Assembly: GCA_051362555.1 (NCBI GenBank)
Contig: CM120641.1
Coordinates: 13,082,001-13,146,000 of the forward strand
Source of the DNA: Lingula anatina
Lineage: Eukaryota; Animalia; Brachiopoda
DNA: 64,000 nt
Reading direction: 5' to 3'
Part shown: positions 1-13,946 of the stretch, piece by piece
Layout of the letters: each line of letters begins with the position of its first letter
How positions within the stretch are numbered: the stretch's first letter is position 1
Translations under genes and position numbers: made by a program
The notes under the pieces: model-generated
What the model saw: only the letters and a program-made list of their open reading frames with translations
What the model was told of the DNA's origin: nothing
Database searches by the model: none

Positions 1-765
1 GTTTTATCATCAGATGGTCAGGTTGTATAGAGAAAGCCTCCAACCCCTCCACTTTGCTGATTCAAGTTAAGTCAGCCAAATCAGACAGCCTGCAGAGGTG
101 GATGGTACTGAGAAGAGTCAACCCAATGATTGGAAATGGAACTAACAGCAGCAACCAAACACTTTAATTTTATTATCCTGATTTCATTCTCAAAAATTCC
201 TGTGCGTGCAGACAGCACTTTCTTCTAATAATAATTCTGAAGATAATAAAAACATCTTTAAAAAATATTGCCTGATAGACTCCAGGGATAATCTATTTTT
301 ACCTGCCACATGCCAGACTGTATACATTGACCTTTTCGCCATTTTGTGGTCACAAAAATTTTATTCTGTCTGAAACTGCATATCACATCAAAATTATGTA
401 CCTTCTTTTCCAACAGAAAACTATTGTAAAAATCCAGACAAAAATACTCCAGGCCTAATTTTATTTTAAAAGAATCTGGCTAACAATGCATTTTTGGAAA
501 CTCTGCTCTTTGTATAGGTATTTTTACCACTCGTGAGAAAAAAAAAACACTCACTTTACCCTTGGGATCCTCCATTGCCAGATCATTCAGTGAATTTTAA
601 CCTTTCATATTTGAATGACAGCAAATACAAGTTGAATGAACCAAAAACTTTATCTATGATATATACCATGTTAAACACACTGATATGCTTTTAATATGAC
701 CCTAGATAGGCACTAAATGGTTTCTTATTCTGTACTATGTAGGTTCATTTTTGCCAGACTTTATA

Positions 766-766
<1 letters not shown>

Positions 767-801
<35 letters not shown>

Positions 802-974
802 ATTTTACAGGTATCAGTTTGTCTTTTTAAAGCCAGACAAAATTGATAAAGCTGGTTAATGAGTGGTGACTTTGTAGACATTTATTTTTTAAACATGTTT
901 AATGAACCTATCAGCTTAATTTCAAGGTTTGTCAGTGATCTTTTTTTTTTTTTTTTTTGGGGGGGGGGGGGGGG
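767..974. repeat. (CT)n microsatellite and poly-T/poly-G run
   Basis: Directly visible at 767-792 and 940-974. Confidence 0.9.
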
Positions 975-3162
975 AAGGGTGTCATACCCACAGCTCAGGT
1001 GATTTTAGACAATATGGTTTTTCCTGGGATCGATCGCCAATTTTTTCAGTTGTCATCTCATGAAAGGGACAAATGCAAGTAAATTATTTGTTCTAATTAA
1101 TGGATTCTCAAGCTTCATTTTACTTTGATCAGAACTGTTTAACCTGTTTCCTTAAGAATGAGCCATTTTTGCTATCCCCATCCCATTCCTAACCCTGATT
1201 CTAGCCCTTTCACACCAACTGTAAACAATGTCATTATTCCTATAACATATATGTTACTCATAACATCATGTTGGTGCTATCACTGTTGTAATTGTCAAGG
1301 CATTTTGTCGTCAACTTTATTTCAATTCTACATATTCAGCTGAACACTGGTGCATATCAAACATACTCAAATTAAAGTTAAAAAGTGAAACCTATTTGCA
1401 TATCCCTTGCATGACAATAACAATGTTACCTCCTTATCAATGTTACTGTAAATATCAACATATTTCTGTGTTATCGTACTTCAAAATATGGCCATGAGAC
1501 TGGACATGCAGATAACCAGATGATAGCCACTATCTCACCACAGCAACCTGCACTCACTATCCTTTCTACCTCATCTGTTAATATATCAGCCTTGGCTGTG
1601 TACACACACTCACAGGCACCCAGACACCACAATGAACAGAACTCTGCCAAGGTTCACTAAACCCTAAATTAAAATCAGCCTGCTATTTGTTTTGCCTAAG
1701 TGACACCTTTGTTTTATTCTAAGTCAAAATGCTGTGTTCGTTTACAGTAAAAGTGTGATGCCCTTCAGCAATAATAGAGTACCTAAGTAAGGGCAAATGA
1801 TTTAATGTGAGTCGTTTTTTAAAGGGTATATTGGAACTAAGTAAAGGGAGATGTGAAAAAAAGTGAAACAGTTTCCAAGTAATGAAAACCCTAAACACCT
1901 GCCTGGAATTGCTTTCCTATTTAATTATGTCCCAGTTCATTGAAAACGAAGAAAGCCTATTGATTTCTGTCTAACGAGCTCTAACTGGATGAATAATTTA
2001 GCTAGCAAACAAAAAATTGGGAATAGGATCTAGAAAGGATAGAGTCCTCATATACCACATATGTGTAAACAATGTCCCTAGGATGTTTTCTATAGCAACC
2101 TTTTTAATCTGCAAACCTTTGGATATACCATACTGTTTGTGTACATTAGCTGATGTGAACCTACCAACATGAAGTTGTGGTCGCTCCGTTTTTGTTTACT
2201 TCGTAAAATATGACTTAATGTCCCTGTTAATCAATATTAGATATACTCTCACCTGAAGCCTTAAAAGATCTTGAGAATTTTTTCTCATGCACCCCCCCCC
2301 CCCTCCTCCAACTTCTTTCACTCTTCTTTTAATTCAGTATCATACTGCTCATTTTAAAATAGGTCAAAGTCTTCCTGCATAACAATTGCTTTACCAAAAT
2401 AAAATTTAGGAGATCCAGAAACCACAGTTTTTCAAATAACAATTTATTACGGTTTGGTGGTATAGCAAACATGACTTGCAATGTAATCGTTTCAAGCTTC
2501 CAAAAATAAACTATGTAGGGTTAAATCTAAAAGCATGGGATTTGCATTTACAGGATAATTCCAAGAGTAAAGTTCAGAAGACACTAATCCGTGTTTTATC
2601 AAATTCTTTTGTTAGATATCACTATACAGGTATGTTCCTCCAATGTCAGACACAATGCAAATAGAAAACACAGGACTTTAAAATGCTTAAATCAGAAAGT
2701 TTTTCAAACTCTCACATAAGAGATTCCGAAACAAAGGGATTTCCTTTCAAATCCTTTAATTGATTGACTGAAGTTAAGAAAACAAATCCATATACCTATC
2801 ACTAGCTTTTCTTTTCCTGTTTTGCATGCGGCAAATCTACCATTGAATTTCTTCATGCTGTAGACTATGCAAACCCTAATCAAACAGCAGCTATTTACTT
2901 TCGGAAGTACTCCTGTCAATTGGCCAAATAAATTTAAAGTAACAAAGGAAACAACACAAAACATGTGTCACTCTCTCATAGAAATTTGCCACATTTGCTC
3001 CATTTTCATTTTACTTCACTGGTCGAGTGAATGAATTTTCTGCTAAAATAGCGAGATGCTAGGGGCACTCCACTATTGTCTTCTATTGTTACAAAGAGTC
3101 ACTTTTTCTGTTAAGGCATTTACTGTGGGCCTTTGCTATACAAAACTACTCAATGCAACATC

Positions 3163-4069
3163 CGTGGGAAAAACTTGCTGCTATGTTCAACTGTATAGAG
3201 ACTCCTTTACTTTAACATCTGATATCCTACAGTTAAAGCCCTGACCACTTGAAAACTACTATTCAAAGAAACCCATGCAACTGCACGTTTTCAAGTGGAA
3301 AAAACACATATCTATTCAAATGCATTAAAAAATATGTGCCAGAATCATGAATGTAATTTGTTTGCTGAAATTTGAGGCGAAAGAATAACAAAATGTGTAT
3401 TTTAGGAGTACAAGTATCTCATTCTCATGAAAATGACCACTTATTTAGCTGCTGAAGTGCCTTTAAACAAGCCGTGTCATTGAAACAGTTATATGGAGGG
3501 GAAAATAGTAGGATACTATTTCTCCGTGTTAGACTACCTAGAAACTTGTCTCCCCGTGCAAACATACTTGGTTGACCTTTCTCCATACTTTTTGACCCTG
3601 AAGCAATGGAAGTGTGACCTGCCGTCGTGGGAATTTTACGCTCCACCGATCGCGCCTGTAAAGAGCTCATCTTATCAAAATGATAGGGGAAACTTACCGT
3701 CCAGGCGAAATCAAAGGGCAGGCGTGACGTTCGCCTAGCGTCAGTGTTGTCAGGGTGGAAAGTAAAAGTATTCCCTCCAAGAACCGCACTTGTAGTATTT
3801 CCAAACGTACATCGTCCTTCTGGCGTGATTCTTGCTTGGTATTCTCTAAGACATACACGAAAGTAGGTATCGCACTCCTCCACACACGCGCCGTCCGACC
3901 CCCGTCGGCCGTCGCAGCACGAGCCGTTGGCTATCTCCCCTCGTGCATTGGTTATACTTGTAATTTCCAGTTCAAAGTATCCCGATGCGTTACAAACCTT
4001 GAGAAGAACAAGACAAAGGCAAAAAGTTAAACACAGCATGCTTTTAACGAAGCAGAACGAGCGTGGGAA
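3163..4069 (+). promoter_or_regulatory. Cluster of Su(H)/CSL (RBPJ) consensus sites around the Serrate/Jagged first exon
   Basis: Perfect CGTGGGAA at 3163-3170, 3626-3633 and 4062-4069, plus CGTGAGAA at 532-539 in the same intron. Confidence 0.55.
3698..4039 (-). CDS. JAG1: Serrate/Jagged-family Notch ligand, first coding exon (signal peptide + N-terminal MNNL/C2 domain); remaining exons lie left of the window
   Basis: MLCLTFCLCLVLLKVCNASGYFELEI...NGSCC...ECDTYFRVCLREYQARIT...CTFG...VLGGNTF...LPFDFAWT closely matches the Jagged N-terminus as I recall it (SGQFELEI/ECDTYFKVCLKEYQSRVT/VIGGNTF/LPFSFAWP). A GTAAGT donor at 3697 follows FAWT in phase 0. The rest of ORF 3425..4039 is intron read-through. 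Confidence 0.9.
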
Positions 4070-7000
4070 ACTTTTTTCTTGGGATGATCGCTACTCTACA
4101 ACGCATTTGGACCACTCATCATTTACCTGAGCTCGAATCGTATACAGCGCTAGGGTCAACAACACCGCATAAACCATGTCCTACACGCTAAAGTCTTCCT
4201 TATTTCCTCTCCGAGCGACATAGGCCGAGTACCGGCAATTTTTTCACGTAATTTTCGCATGCAATCCTCTGTTTTTCAGTATGAAATCCGCGCTACTGTT
4301 GTACTCCAGCCACACGAACATAGCAATACTACGAGCAGTACTACATAACATCCACTGCGCATGCTCAAATCAATTACAATGATCAAAACGATTTTGCGGC
4401 TGCATATCTGCACTAAAGTGGCGTGTGCCAGTGTGTCTGTCGCCAATCGAGTAAATAAACCACAGTAAACTGCAAATCAATAGATTGCCTAATTAAATTA
4501 CACTAATTAGGAAATATGTTAATAAATTTTGCCAACTGAGTGTGCTGAAGTAGATTTAAGTTAACGGCAGCTGTACTTCCGATTAAATCCCCTTCAATTG
4601 ATAAACGGTGCTCAGACTTGAAACTAATAAACCCGGGACATGATATAAAAGCGTTCTGAAATGGCATGATTCAATATTTAGGCAATAACCAACGAGCGGC
4701 ACTCCTGTGATAAACAGATGATACCACGCCAAATCTGCGATGCAATGTTTAGTGATGGTGCGATATCGCCTCGGAGCTTGCTGCCCACGTGGCGCACACG
4801 CTTGAGCATACGCCACTTTTGCTACCAGCTTATTGGTCGCCAGCAAGCGCACGCACGGCAGTGACTGACTAAGTGCTGGCAAGTTCGGTGCTGGTGAATA
4901 TTTTGTAGCAGTAAAGAATGTTTGTAATATTTTCACTGTAAAAGAACAACAGTTGCTTTAAAAAGAATTAACAGGAGACTTTGTATGTAGGGTGGGTTTT
5001 TAATGACATTAAAACAATTTGATTAAAATAATAAGTGTTGAAGAAAGCATTTCACAGGATCAGAAATCTTGCAATATACAAACTGAAAATGTTATTCTTT
5101 TCTCTTTTGGGTCAAAAAGCCCTTTGTTTTCTAAAAAATTCTCTAGAACTTGACTTATTTTTAATATGCACTGGAATAAATTAAACTACGACTTTACACT
5201 TCCCTTTTGTTTCTCACTTTTCACAGAAAACATGTCAGAATGTCGTGTTAAAATTTACAGTATGCTTTTTTTTTGCAATATTTCGAGAAGATTTTTATAA
5301 TAGACATTCGACAGCGGGAGGATATGGTCTCAACTTTAAACAAGTCGCATATTTTCTGTAGGAGTCAAATGTCATCGGCTCCACCTACTTGTACAGTGTG
5401 ATTCGTTCTATTGATATTGCGGGCGAGTAAAATTACAAGCTGGTGCGACATTTGAATGTAATTGTTGTATTTTTTAATCTAAGTTCGGTCACACCAACTG
5501 TGCACGTTAATTATTGACCTCGCCCAAATGGAGTGTGAAGAGCAAGGGTGGGGTTCCTATATGTGTCGGCAGGGAATAAGGAAAACACCCGACGGACCAT
5601 GCATATTTATGAGTACATTTTATCAGTATAATTAGCTATCACAAAAATTGACAATATTTCTTAGTCAAAAATATTTAGTAAATTCAGGAAGCAGAAATTT
5701 ACATAATAGCCACATGAAACGTTTTTGTAGCTGTAAGATTTTGAATTGGTCAAGAAATACAAAGTTGGTAAAATTAGTGAATTATAAACATTGCCAGATA
5801 TCACATGCACGGAATCACTAAAGTACATGACTGTACACAAGAGCAGACATATGGCATAAATGTTCGAATTTTTCACTTGATCCGACGCAAAAGGCTTCAA
5901 TCCAACACCCTAAATTTCACAGGAAATCACCAAAAACCCTTACAGCATCGGATTGCCGTTCCCGGTTTTACCAGGTATAGAAGATTCCCCCTCCGTACTC
6001 TGAAACTCAAGGTGTGACTCCCAGAACTGTCTGCATCCCTCCAGGGAAAGACCAGCCGACTAGGAGACAACTTTAAATCATTACCCTTCTAATGAGGTTA
6101 TTTTCTATCATAAATGATGCCCGGAAAGATGTCCATCACACGCAAGCGACGTCCTCCGAGGTGACACCTTAACAATAAACCAAATTAGAACTTTGGGCAC
6201 ATCAAAGTTGCAGTAATTAAAGACGAGTCTCCTTCAAAATCTGCTAATGTAAGGTTTTCTTTTGTATTTGGTTTAATAAATGTCACCAGGGTGTACTTTC
6301 TTTGACAAATACGACTATTAAGCGTTCTAAAACCCATTTTGTCAACGCAAGATTCACACGGATGAACAGTAATGAGTCCATGGGAATATTCTGAAGGAGT
6401 GCGCCTTGCAAAGCGGAGAAACGGGCGTCTTCAGGCCCCGGGCTTAAACCAAGGTAATACGACAGAAAGATAATCATCCCAGTTTTAGTTCTGACAATTT
6501 AGTGTCAATTAAAGGGCAGTTCAAAGTGTATCATTAGTTTATCATTAATCGGTCTTAAAACCAAAGCCGACCTTTGTATGCGTTTCAACTTAATATAAAG
6601 AAGTAGAAGCGTGGAAAATATACATTTGATCATCTATTTTCTGGCTCTTGTTTTCTGTACTGTTAACACTAAAAAAAGCACGACAAATAAAAACCGAGAT
6701 CATTTATGTAAATGCAAAAGCTTCAACCAAATTTTAATGTTAGGAATATCTTACTCCGCCAAAAACCAATATACCGAAACGAAAGACACAAAGTTTGATG
6801 CTTTTTTTTTCTTTTTTACTCAGAACGTTTTTTTTTTTATCATATAATGATAACCATACGTTTGAAATACGGCGTCATTCACACAAGTTTCATTTCGAAC
6901 TGTAGCATAACTGCATTGTAGATAAGAAGAAATCAATAGTTTGTTTCCTAAATAATGAATACGCAAAATTTTTGTTCACAAACGGTTCATTGTGAGCGTA

Positions 7001-9539
7001 AAAACAGAAGAAAAAGGTGGGATACCCAGCTCTCTCTATCCCTTTGCTTATCTGTTTACATGTAGTGTTATGACTTGGTTTGTCCCACCCTTCTCAAACA
7101 TCATTTGTTTCGCATAACCCGCAAGCAAAGCTGGTTGTTTTTTCGTCGTTTTATTTTCCCAGTCTTAATGGAAACCGTGATTGTGTAGCTGCCACTCCTT
7201 TTTGAATCGCCACTGATGACTAAACCATTGATCTTTTCTGTTGCGTATTGAACGCTATAATACTGAAGAGCCCATTACCTGTGTTAAATCTTCCGCACGC
7301 TCCTTTGAGATTGGACCCCTAGAACTTATTGCGCTTTACCTGTCATTTAAGCGCAATTAAGAAGAGGTTGCCTGTCTTTTGACATAAAAAATATACATGA
7401 GACTGCTCCATTAACATGTTGCATGCAACTTTCTGATTATTTATCAGTACTATAGATCCGTTATCTGCACCTAGCCTGAGGAAGGAAAGGCACTGTTAAA
7501 TTCCATAATTTGGCATTTAAAAAAAAGGATGAATGAAGAATTACACGGAGGGCCACCCTACTGTATTATAGTACCAGCAGTTTGCAAGTAATGGTGCTCT
7601 GGGTGTGAATGAATGCAAACAATTTAATGAAATCTTTTGTCAAAAGAAATTTCAATTCCCACTCTAAGAAACAAATCAAATAAACTTCAGAGGTAGGAGT
7701 TTCAGAGCACCTCTTCCAAAGTAAGGAGCACTGTGTTAAAGAGTTAAATCTTAAGCACGTTTCACACATTATCATACAAACTCAATTACATAATAAATGT
7801 GTTAAGTCATGATAAAAACAAGATTTTCTAACTCCTAAAGACACAAACACTATAAAAGAAGGAAACTGGTAAGACACCAACTACTCTTTTGTCTACAAGA
7901 TAAATTATCTTATAATTTCTGTATATTTTTGTCATAAAATGTAACCATGCAGATCATTTTCAGAACAAGCAAATTTTCAAGAAGTTCAGTGGTGAATTTG
8001 ACACTTAGTTCATAGTACACATATGAAATTTTAATGAAAATTTTATCTACCACTCTTATGAACAGCTAGTTAGCCTATTAATTTCTTCCAATGCAATGGG
8101 GCAGCATAAAGATCTTTGATGATATTAAAAGGCAAAAAATATTTGTAGACTGACATACCAGCTTAACTCTCAAAAATATTTATCATATCATCAGCATTTT
8201 TGTCAAATGCAAATTAAAACTCCAATTCAAATCAATCTGTGATGCCTCATAGCATGCTTTATGTAAACACATTAGAACAAGTCGGATGCATGTAACACTG
8301 GCAATGATTCAAGATAAGAGTGGTTTAAAAACAGCATTATAATGCCACCGTTTTAGTACAGTAGCATACACTTCCCCACCAGCATAGTGTGACCTAGTCC
8401 CTGACCCATAGCCTCCCCGCCAATATTTCTCACTTCCTTCTCTGCAGTGGTGCAATGTAACAAACGTCCTCTCTATGGACCCTTGCTGATTTTCCCACAG
8501 GACACATAACCAACACATCCATCAGTTTGATATATCTGAAAAAATTTAATTTTTTGAATATAGAAAATACTGCGTATAGACAGTTGACTTCTTTGAAGGT
8601 ATGATTCAAAACATTTACTGTTAAATTGGTCATTTGGCTTTTCTTTCGTCTTTTGTTTGTACATATTTTAAAAATTTATCTCAGATAATAAAAAACTTCC
8701 ATACGGTAATCATAAAAACAAAATCTCTGCAGAAAAATAGACAACATCAATTTTTCCTAAGGGCTCAGACATGTCACAATAAATGGGTTTTGATGCATAT
8801 AATCTCAACTCTTTTTTTTTTCAGTTGCTAGAGTACTTTGACACAACTTGATCACAGGGTATCACTTCACTAAAGCACCGGTTCCTATTTCAGCCTTCTG
8901 TGAAATAAATCAACTCCCATCACCAGCCAAGCCTGAATAATATCTCAACCATGGCATTGCTTTCAAGTTTAATAAGCCACAGAGCCCCATTGTGTTAGAT
9001 ATGTCATATCAGAAAACACACTCTGTCTTCTCCAGGTCACTCAACAAGAGTTCTTCTCTACTTACCCAATGAAACACCATCATTGTGTTAAGCCATTTCC
9101 ATTTCTAGTCATGGTAATGGCTTACTTTTTTCTTAAGCATTGCTCATGAATTTTGGTCCTTGTTACACATGGAACAGTTCCTGATATGATCTCTACAGCT
9201 CTCCTGAACTGATTTATCTTTTGTACTTCATGCTGCCCCAAACAAAAAAGTTGTGAAAACAGATGAGGTGCTACCAATCACATGGAATTTTTTCTTCTTG
9301 TGTCAAGGATTCAACCTAGAGCCTAGGGGTAGTGTCTAGAAGCTGAACACCCATGTCATCACATAGTCATTTCTTCACATCCTTATTTGGCAGCATCAGG
9401 AATGCCACTTTTCTCAGCAGATATTATTGTTCATTTTGTGGTAGCAGCTGCACCCTGACATGTACCCATTTCTATCTTTTCATGTAAAAAAGTTAAAAGA
9501 TTTGGCTCCAGTTTTTGTGTAACAGAAAGCTTGTACTCA

Positions 9540-12500
9540 CTAGGTTGCACACCATTGTTTAAATTGTTCACACCATAACACAGTGAAAGCATACTGTGCT
9601 AAGTATGACAAAGAGATGATCAGTGCTGCACTCAGACGGCTTGATCTACACAAAACTGAAAATAAAACTCAAAATGATCAGATATAATACATACTGAAAC
9701 TAGAGAAAAACACAATGTCAGAATACACATTATAAGAATCAAAATCATTATTTATCTTTTAAACGTAGCATTGTTAGACTGGGTTCGCACAGATTTACAT
9801 CGATCCATCTGGATCAGGGGGTTCACGCTAAATTGCTGTCAGCCGACCGCATGGAAGTTAATTACCCCCTTACAGCTTTTAGTAAGCGGGACAGACATTT
9901 AAGCTAGCTCAGCTGACAGCAATCTAGTGAGACTCCCCACGGGGATAGATCAATCTAAAAATCTGTGGGAATGCAGTCTTAGTTAGAGTGATGGACCTCA
10001 GTAAGTAGTGAGTATTGAAATACATTTTTTTTTTTAAATCCGGAGACTGAGGGCTGATGAGAAACAGTTTGATGAAGATCATGATTTTAGAAATCAAAAT
10101 AATTCATCAATGATATCTTGCAGATCTTATGAGAAATAAGCCAGCAGACCAATATATGTTCGCCTTTGGTTCTTACCTTTACAAGCTTGCACATTGGAAG
10201 CAATGAGAAATATCCTAATCACAAGGATATATGTTGGATTATCAGCTTGACCCCAAATTGTTGCAGGAATTACCAGCAGTTTCCCAAAATTGGACAATAA
10301 AATCCCTCCCAATATCAGGTTTAACCTAAAATTGTAAGTAAAACCTAACACTTCATAAAATGTCTATGTGATGCATCCATTCATCAAAAATCAAAAATAG
10401 TCCGAGTGGGTTATGCAGAAGGAAGAAGAGGAGGAAAATATAGAGATATAAAACCTGATGTATATTTCAATAATACAAGGTGATAATCAGATATTAAAGA
10501 TATACATGTGTACTAGTACATCTTGTAATATGTCAAAATGCATTGCAGCAGTTGGTGATACCATGTGCAGGACAACTCACCGTGGTATGCATGTTCTCCT
10601 ATCTCTCCACAGAGAACTAATAAGGATTTTCAAGCATATATAGACCGTCATGTAGAAGATTAGTGCTTCTGAAAAAAAATTGGTAACTTCTCTGCATTAA
10701 TTAGATATTTTCTGTTATTTTCAATGTTTCATACCATTTTGATTCCATTAGTGAACAGACAAAAAAAAAAGCTTGGCAAGAAATCCGAAAAGATAAGTTC
10801 ATATAGATTTTGAGTAAAAAAGTTTCAGTTCTAAGACACAAATCAATGTGGTCATCTAGTGAAGACCTTGAAAATAAATTCCTTTTAACAGACCTGTAGC
10901 CAGGGATACTCACCAAAACATGACATAATTAGAGCTTTATGAAAGTTCAACTCTAATGCAGCATACAGTACTGTATCGCTATGCTTGTCTTGCATAGAAA
11001 CACCATGAATACGCAGGAAAGTCCATTTTGTATATGCATCAGTTAAGAGGAACAAAACAGCAAATTTCCAATGATTCTAGAATAAGTGAATAAAGTGAAA
11101 CTTTAGAAGGAGTCAGTTTTGTACTTCCAAATTTCTTGTATAATGTAAACACAATCATTTCTAAAACTCTGATCCTGAAATCTAAATTGTGACAATCAAT
11201 ATACCAATTGATTAAAAAGGTTAAATTAATCCTACAGAAAAATGAAAGTCTTTAACAATTCATTTCTTACTATCAATGTAGTGTTCTGCTGCATCATCAA
11301 TAACTCTGTCACAGGGGAAGTGACAAAGTTATATTATAATATTAAAATCACACAATCATGCCATGTTCTTTATTGGAGAGTGATAACCTGTGATAAAGAA
11401 ATTTTGTACATCACATCAATTAATAAAAAATTGACAACATACATATTATTTTCATTTCAAAATATGAAGAAATTAAGAATTAAACATGACTGGTTCAATT
11501 GCTTTTTAAAAAATGCTGCAATAATGTTAAAGAACATAAGTATGTATGATACGTTGAATATTCCATAATATTCTTGCGGACCAGTGTCTCAGATGATACA
11601 CTCACTGACAGTGCTGTCATAAGCTTTTCTCTCACCTTGGAATCTGCATTTAGAAGAACATGTCTATAGGCTTGAGTTTTAAGGAGCAACATATCTAGGA
11701 AAACTATGGTTGAGTCATATTCAACATATTTGTCCACCACTTTGGTACAATGATCCTAAAATGAATGGATAAATAGTTCATCTGTGCATGTAGCTCTGCT
11801 ACTATCTACAGAACATTTTTATACACGGTTTTTGTTTGTACAATCATATTCTTTTCTGAACAAAAATAAACAGATATATAAATGTTATTAATAAATAAAC
11901 AAACAAAGAAAAAAATAAATAAGTGAAAAAATTTAATTGAATTAAAACTGATCAATTTATATAAAAATAAGAATACAAGAACTTTTTAAAATCTGTTCAT
12001 GATAAAGGCTCAGGCTGTTCCATTATGCTCCCGTTACTTACACAGTGAGATATTTTCATTACCCCTCCTTTAAAATCTCTATAAAGCTCCACAGCTGGCA
12101 TTCCACATTCCACACAGACAAAGCGTTGCATTCTCGGGCCTGAAAGCCTGAAAAATGTACATTATTTACAGTTCAATCAAAAGAAATTGTACTCTGAAAT
12201 AATCTAATTTAATGCTTTCTGTCAGGGTCATCTCTTTAAGTCCCTGCAAAATTGTTATTCCCCCTAACAAAATTATAATACTAGTAATTGCCCACATTAT
12301 TGATACATCAAAATGATAGCGCACAGGAACCTTAGACTTGTTAATAAGCATACACTCTTGAATAAGGAGAGCACAGGGTAGAATTTTTTGTTCATATAAA
12401 TACCCAAATATGTACCGCAATAAGAAACAAGAGAGTATCCCCCCTTCCCAAAATTTCGAGACAAATTGATTTTCCATGTTTTTCTAAATTCATTAATGTG

Positions 12501-13656
12501 GTGACTTTGCCATTAATTTGCCATTCAAAATAATTCATTGAAAATTTTACGTAATGATTTAAGTCTTTCCAAGAACCTTTGAACCTATTCAAATATAATG
12601 AGAGCAGAGGTCAATACAGAGTGGTGAACATGTAAAAATGTAAAATGCAAAACTACTAGACCAAGAGTAATTTATTTCAATGGCAGAGGCAGTGATCAAG
12701 TCAGCGCATATAACTGAATTAAAAAACATAGCTTGCAAATCCAAGACCCATGTGTATAAAAGTTGGGGAGCATACTGCATATGGTACCATGTGCATACCC
12801 CTGTGGCCCAGCTAAAGCCTGAATAAAGTAGATTTTTAAGTATATTGTCACTTTTCATGCAAATGTACTTATTTACGCTGCCTTACATACATTTTTTTGG
12901 TAATAAATAAATCTTCAGTGTTCAATGACTAAATTAATAAACTATTACAGGTACATGCATGTATGCTGATTTAATGACACCTTTCAGTACTCCAAAACCA
13001 TGCCAGCAATTTTCCTTATAAGTCTTAGTACAGATTTTATCATTGATAAAGCAGAATAATGACTTTGATTAATGAAAATATAGGTAATTAGGGGCTAATA
13101 ACCATATTAGTTATAACAAACATTTTAACCAAAATGACGGCAATGGATTGTAGCCTATACACTACTGGTCAACTCTGCCAATTTTCGTGATAAAGTTTTG
13201 TTCAGGGATAAAGTTACTCCCCATACCGATTGCCATCTCACCTCAAAATAGAAAGGCCTTAAACTGACGATTAATTGAGTTGGCTATGCATATGCATTGC
13301 AACGAAAAAATATAAACGCCAATATTTTATATTTTCGAGGTTTTTTTCATTGTTTTAAATCAACAAAAAGATGGGTGCATTACTAAATAATTAGATGCAG
13401 GGAAAAATTTATTTTCGGTATCTGGATGACAAGAAAGGGTTACAATATCCTTAACGCATGTCCAGGCCACCAACACACGTATCATTTCAAGGCGTAATTG
13501 ACACAGTAAACCAGTAAGTAAATCCCCCATATCTACCCCTGCTGTCAGACCACAAGCATGCAACAATAATTAATAATGCAATATTAAGTTTTCCATTATA
13601 TTATCAAAAATTGGAAATTTAAAAGCTGACCCTGCTCTCTCCACGGGCGCTGACAT
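9540..13656 (-). CDS. ARV1: ARV1 (ER sterol/GPI homeostasis membrane protein), 7 coding exons, 255 aa
   Basis: Exons 13656-13631, 12147-12042, 11755-11636, 11076-10914, 10668-10581, 10325-10177 and 9655-9540; GT-AG and phase-consistent (768 nt). Arv1 homology domain: FVCVECGMPAVELYRDFKGGVMKISHCDHCTKVVDKYVEYDSTIVFLDMLLLKTQAYRHVLLN, followed by TM segments and LLSNFGKLLVIPATIW. Confidence 0.92.
9777..9978. mobile_element. Foldback MITE, PIF/Harbinger (Tourist)-like, in the last ARV1 coding intron
   Basis: Termini GACTGGGTTCGCACAGATTT...AAATCTGTGGGAATGCAGTC, an internal inverted repeat (ATTGCTGTCAGC/GCTGACAGCAAT), and a TTA target-site duplication on both sides. Confidence 0.7.
12840..13450. 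mobile_element. Non-autonomous TIR element (Kolobok-like, TTAA-flanked), copy 1, in ARV1 intron 1
   Basis: Right end AAGGGTTACAATATCC|TTAA; degenerate left end TTAA|GTATATTGTCAC. The body aligns by eye with 41807-42479. Confidence 0.6.
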
Positions 13657-13946
13657 CTTGTAGGTTCCCGGGTGTCTCCTTTTATTTCAGTGTGTGACAA
13701 ATTGTGATAAGCCTCTAATTATTTCATGTACAATAGACAGAAAAGATGAACACCATGTCCTTTTTTCTTTGTATAAATGCTATATCAAAGCAAATATTTT
13801 AATATTAAAATACAAATATTCAAGCTTATCTTGTAAAAGTTCGTTTAGAAACGAGGCTACCAGCGGGTGTCATGTGAGTCAACAAAGATGTCAAAATAAT
13901 ACGACAACTAGTCGCTATCAACGTGTATTTCTTAAATTGTACCACC
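13657..13946. promoter_or_regulatory. Bidirectional promoter shared by ARV1 and KIF16B
   Basis: Divergent ATGs at 13656 (-) and 13947 (+, strong Kozak ACCACCATGG) with only 290 bp between them; locally CpG-containing. Confidence 0.7.

Noticed and set aside
3425-3697. C-terminal half of the 204-aa ORF as part of the Notch ligand
   Set aside because: Similarity ends exactly at a GTAAGT donor; the rest is intron read-through with no DSL or EGF domain.
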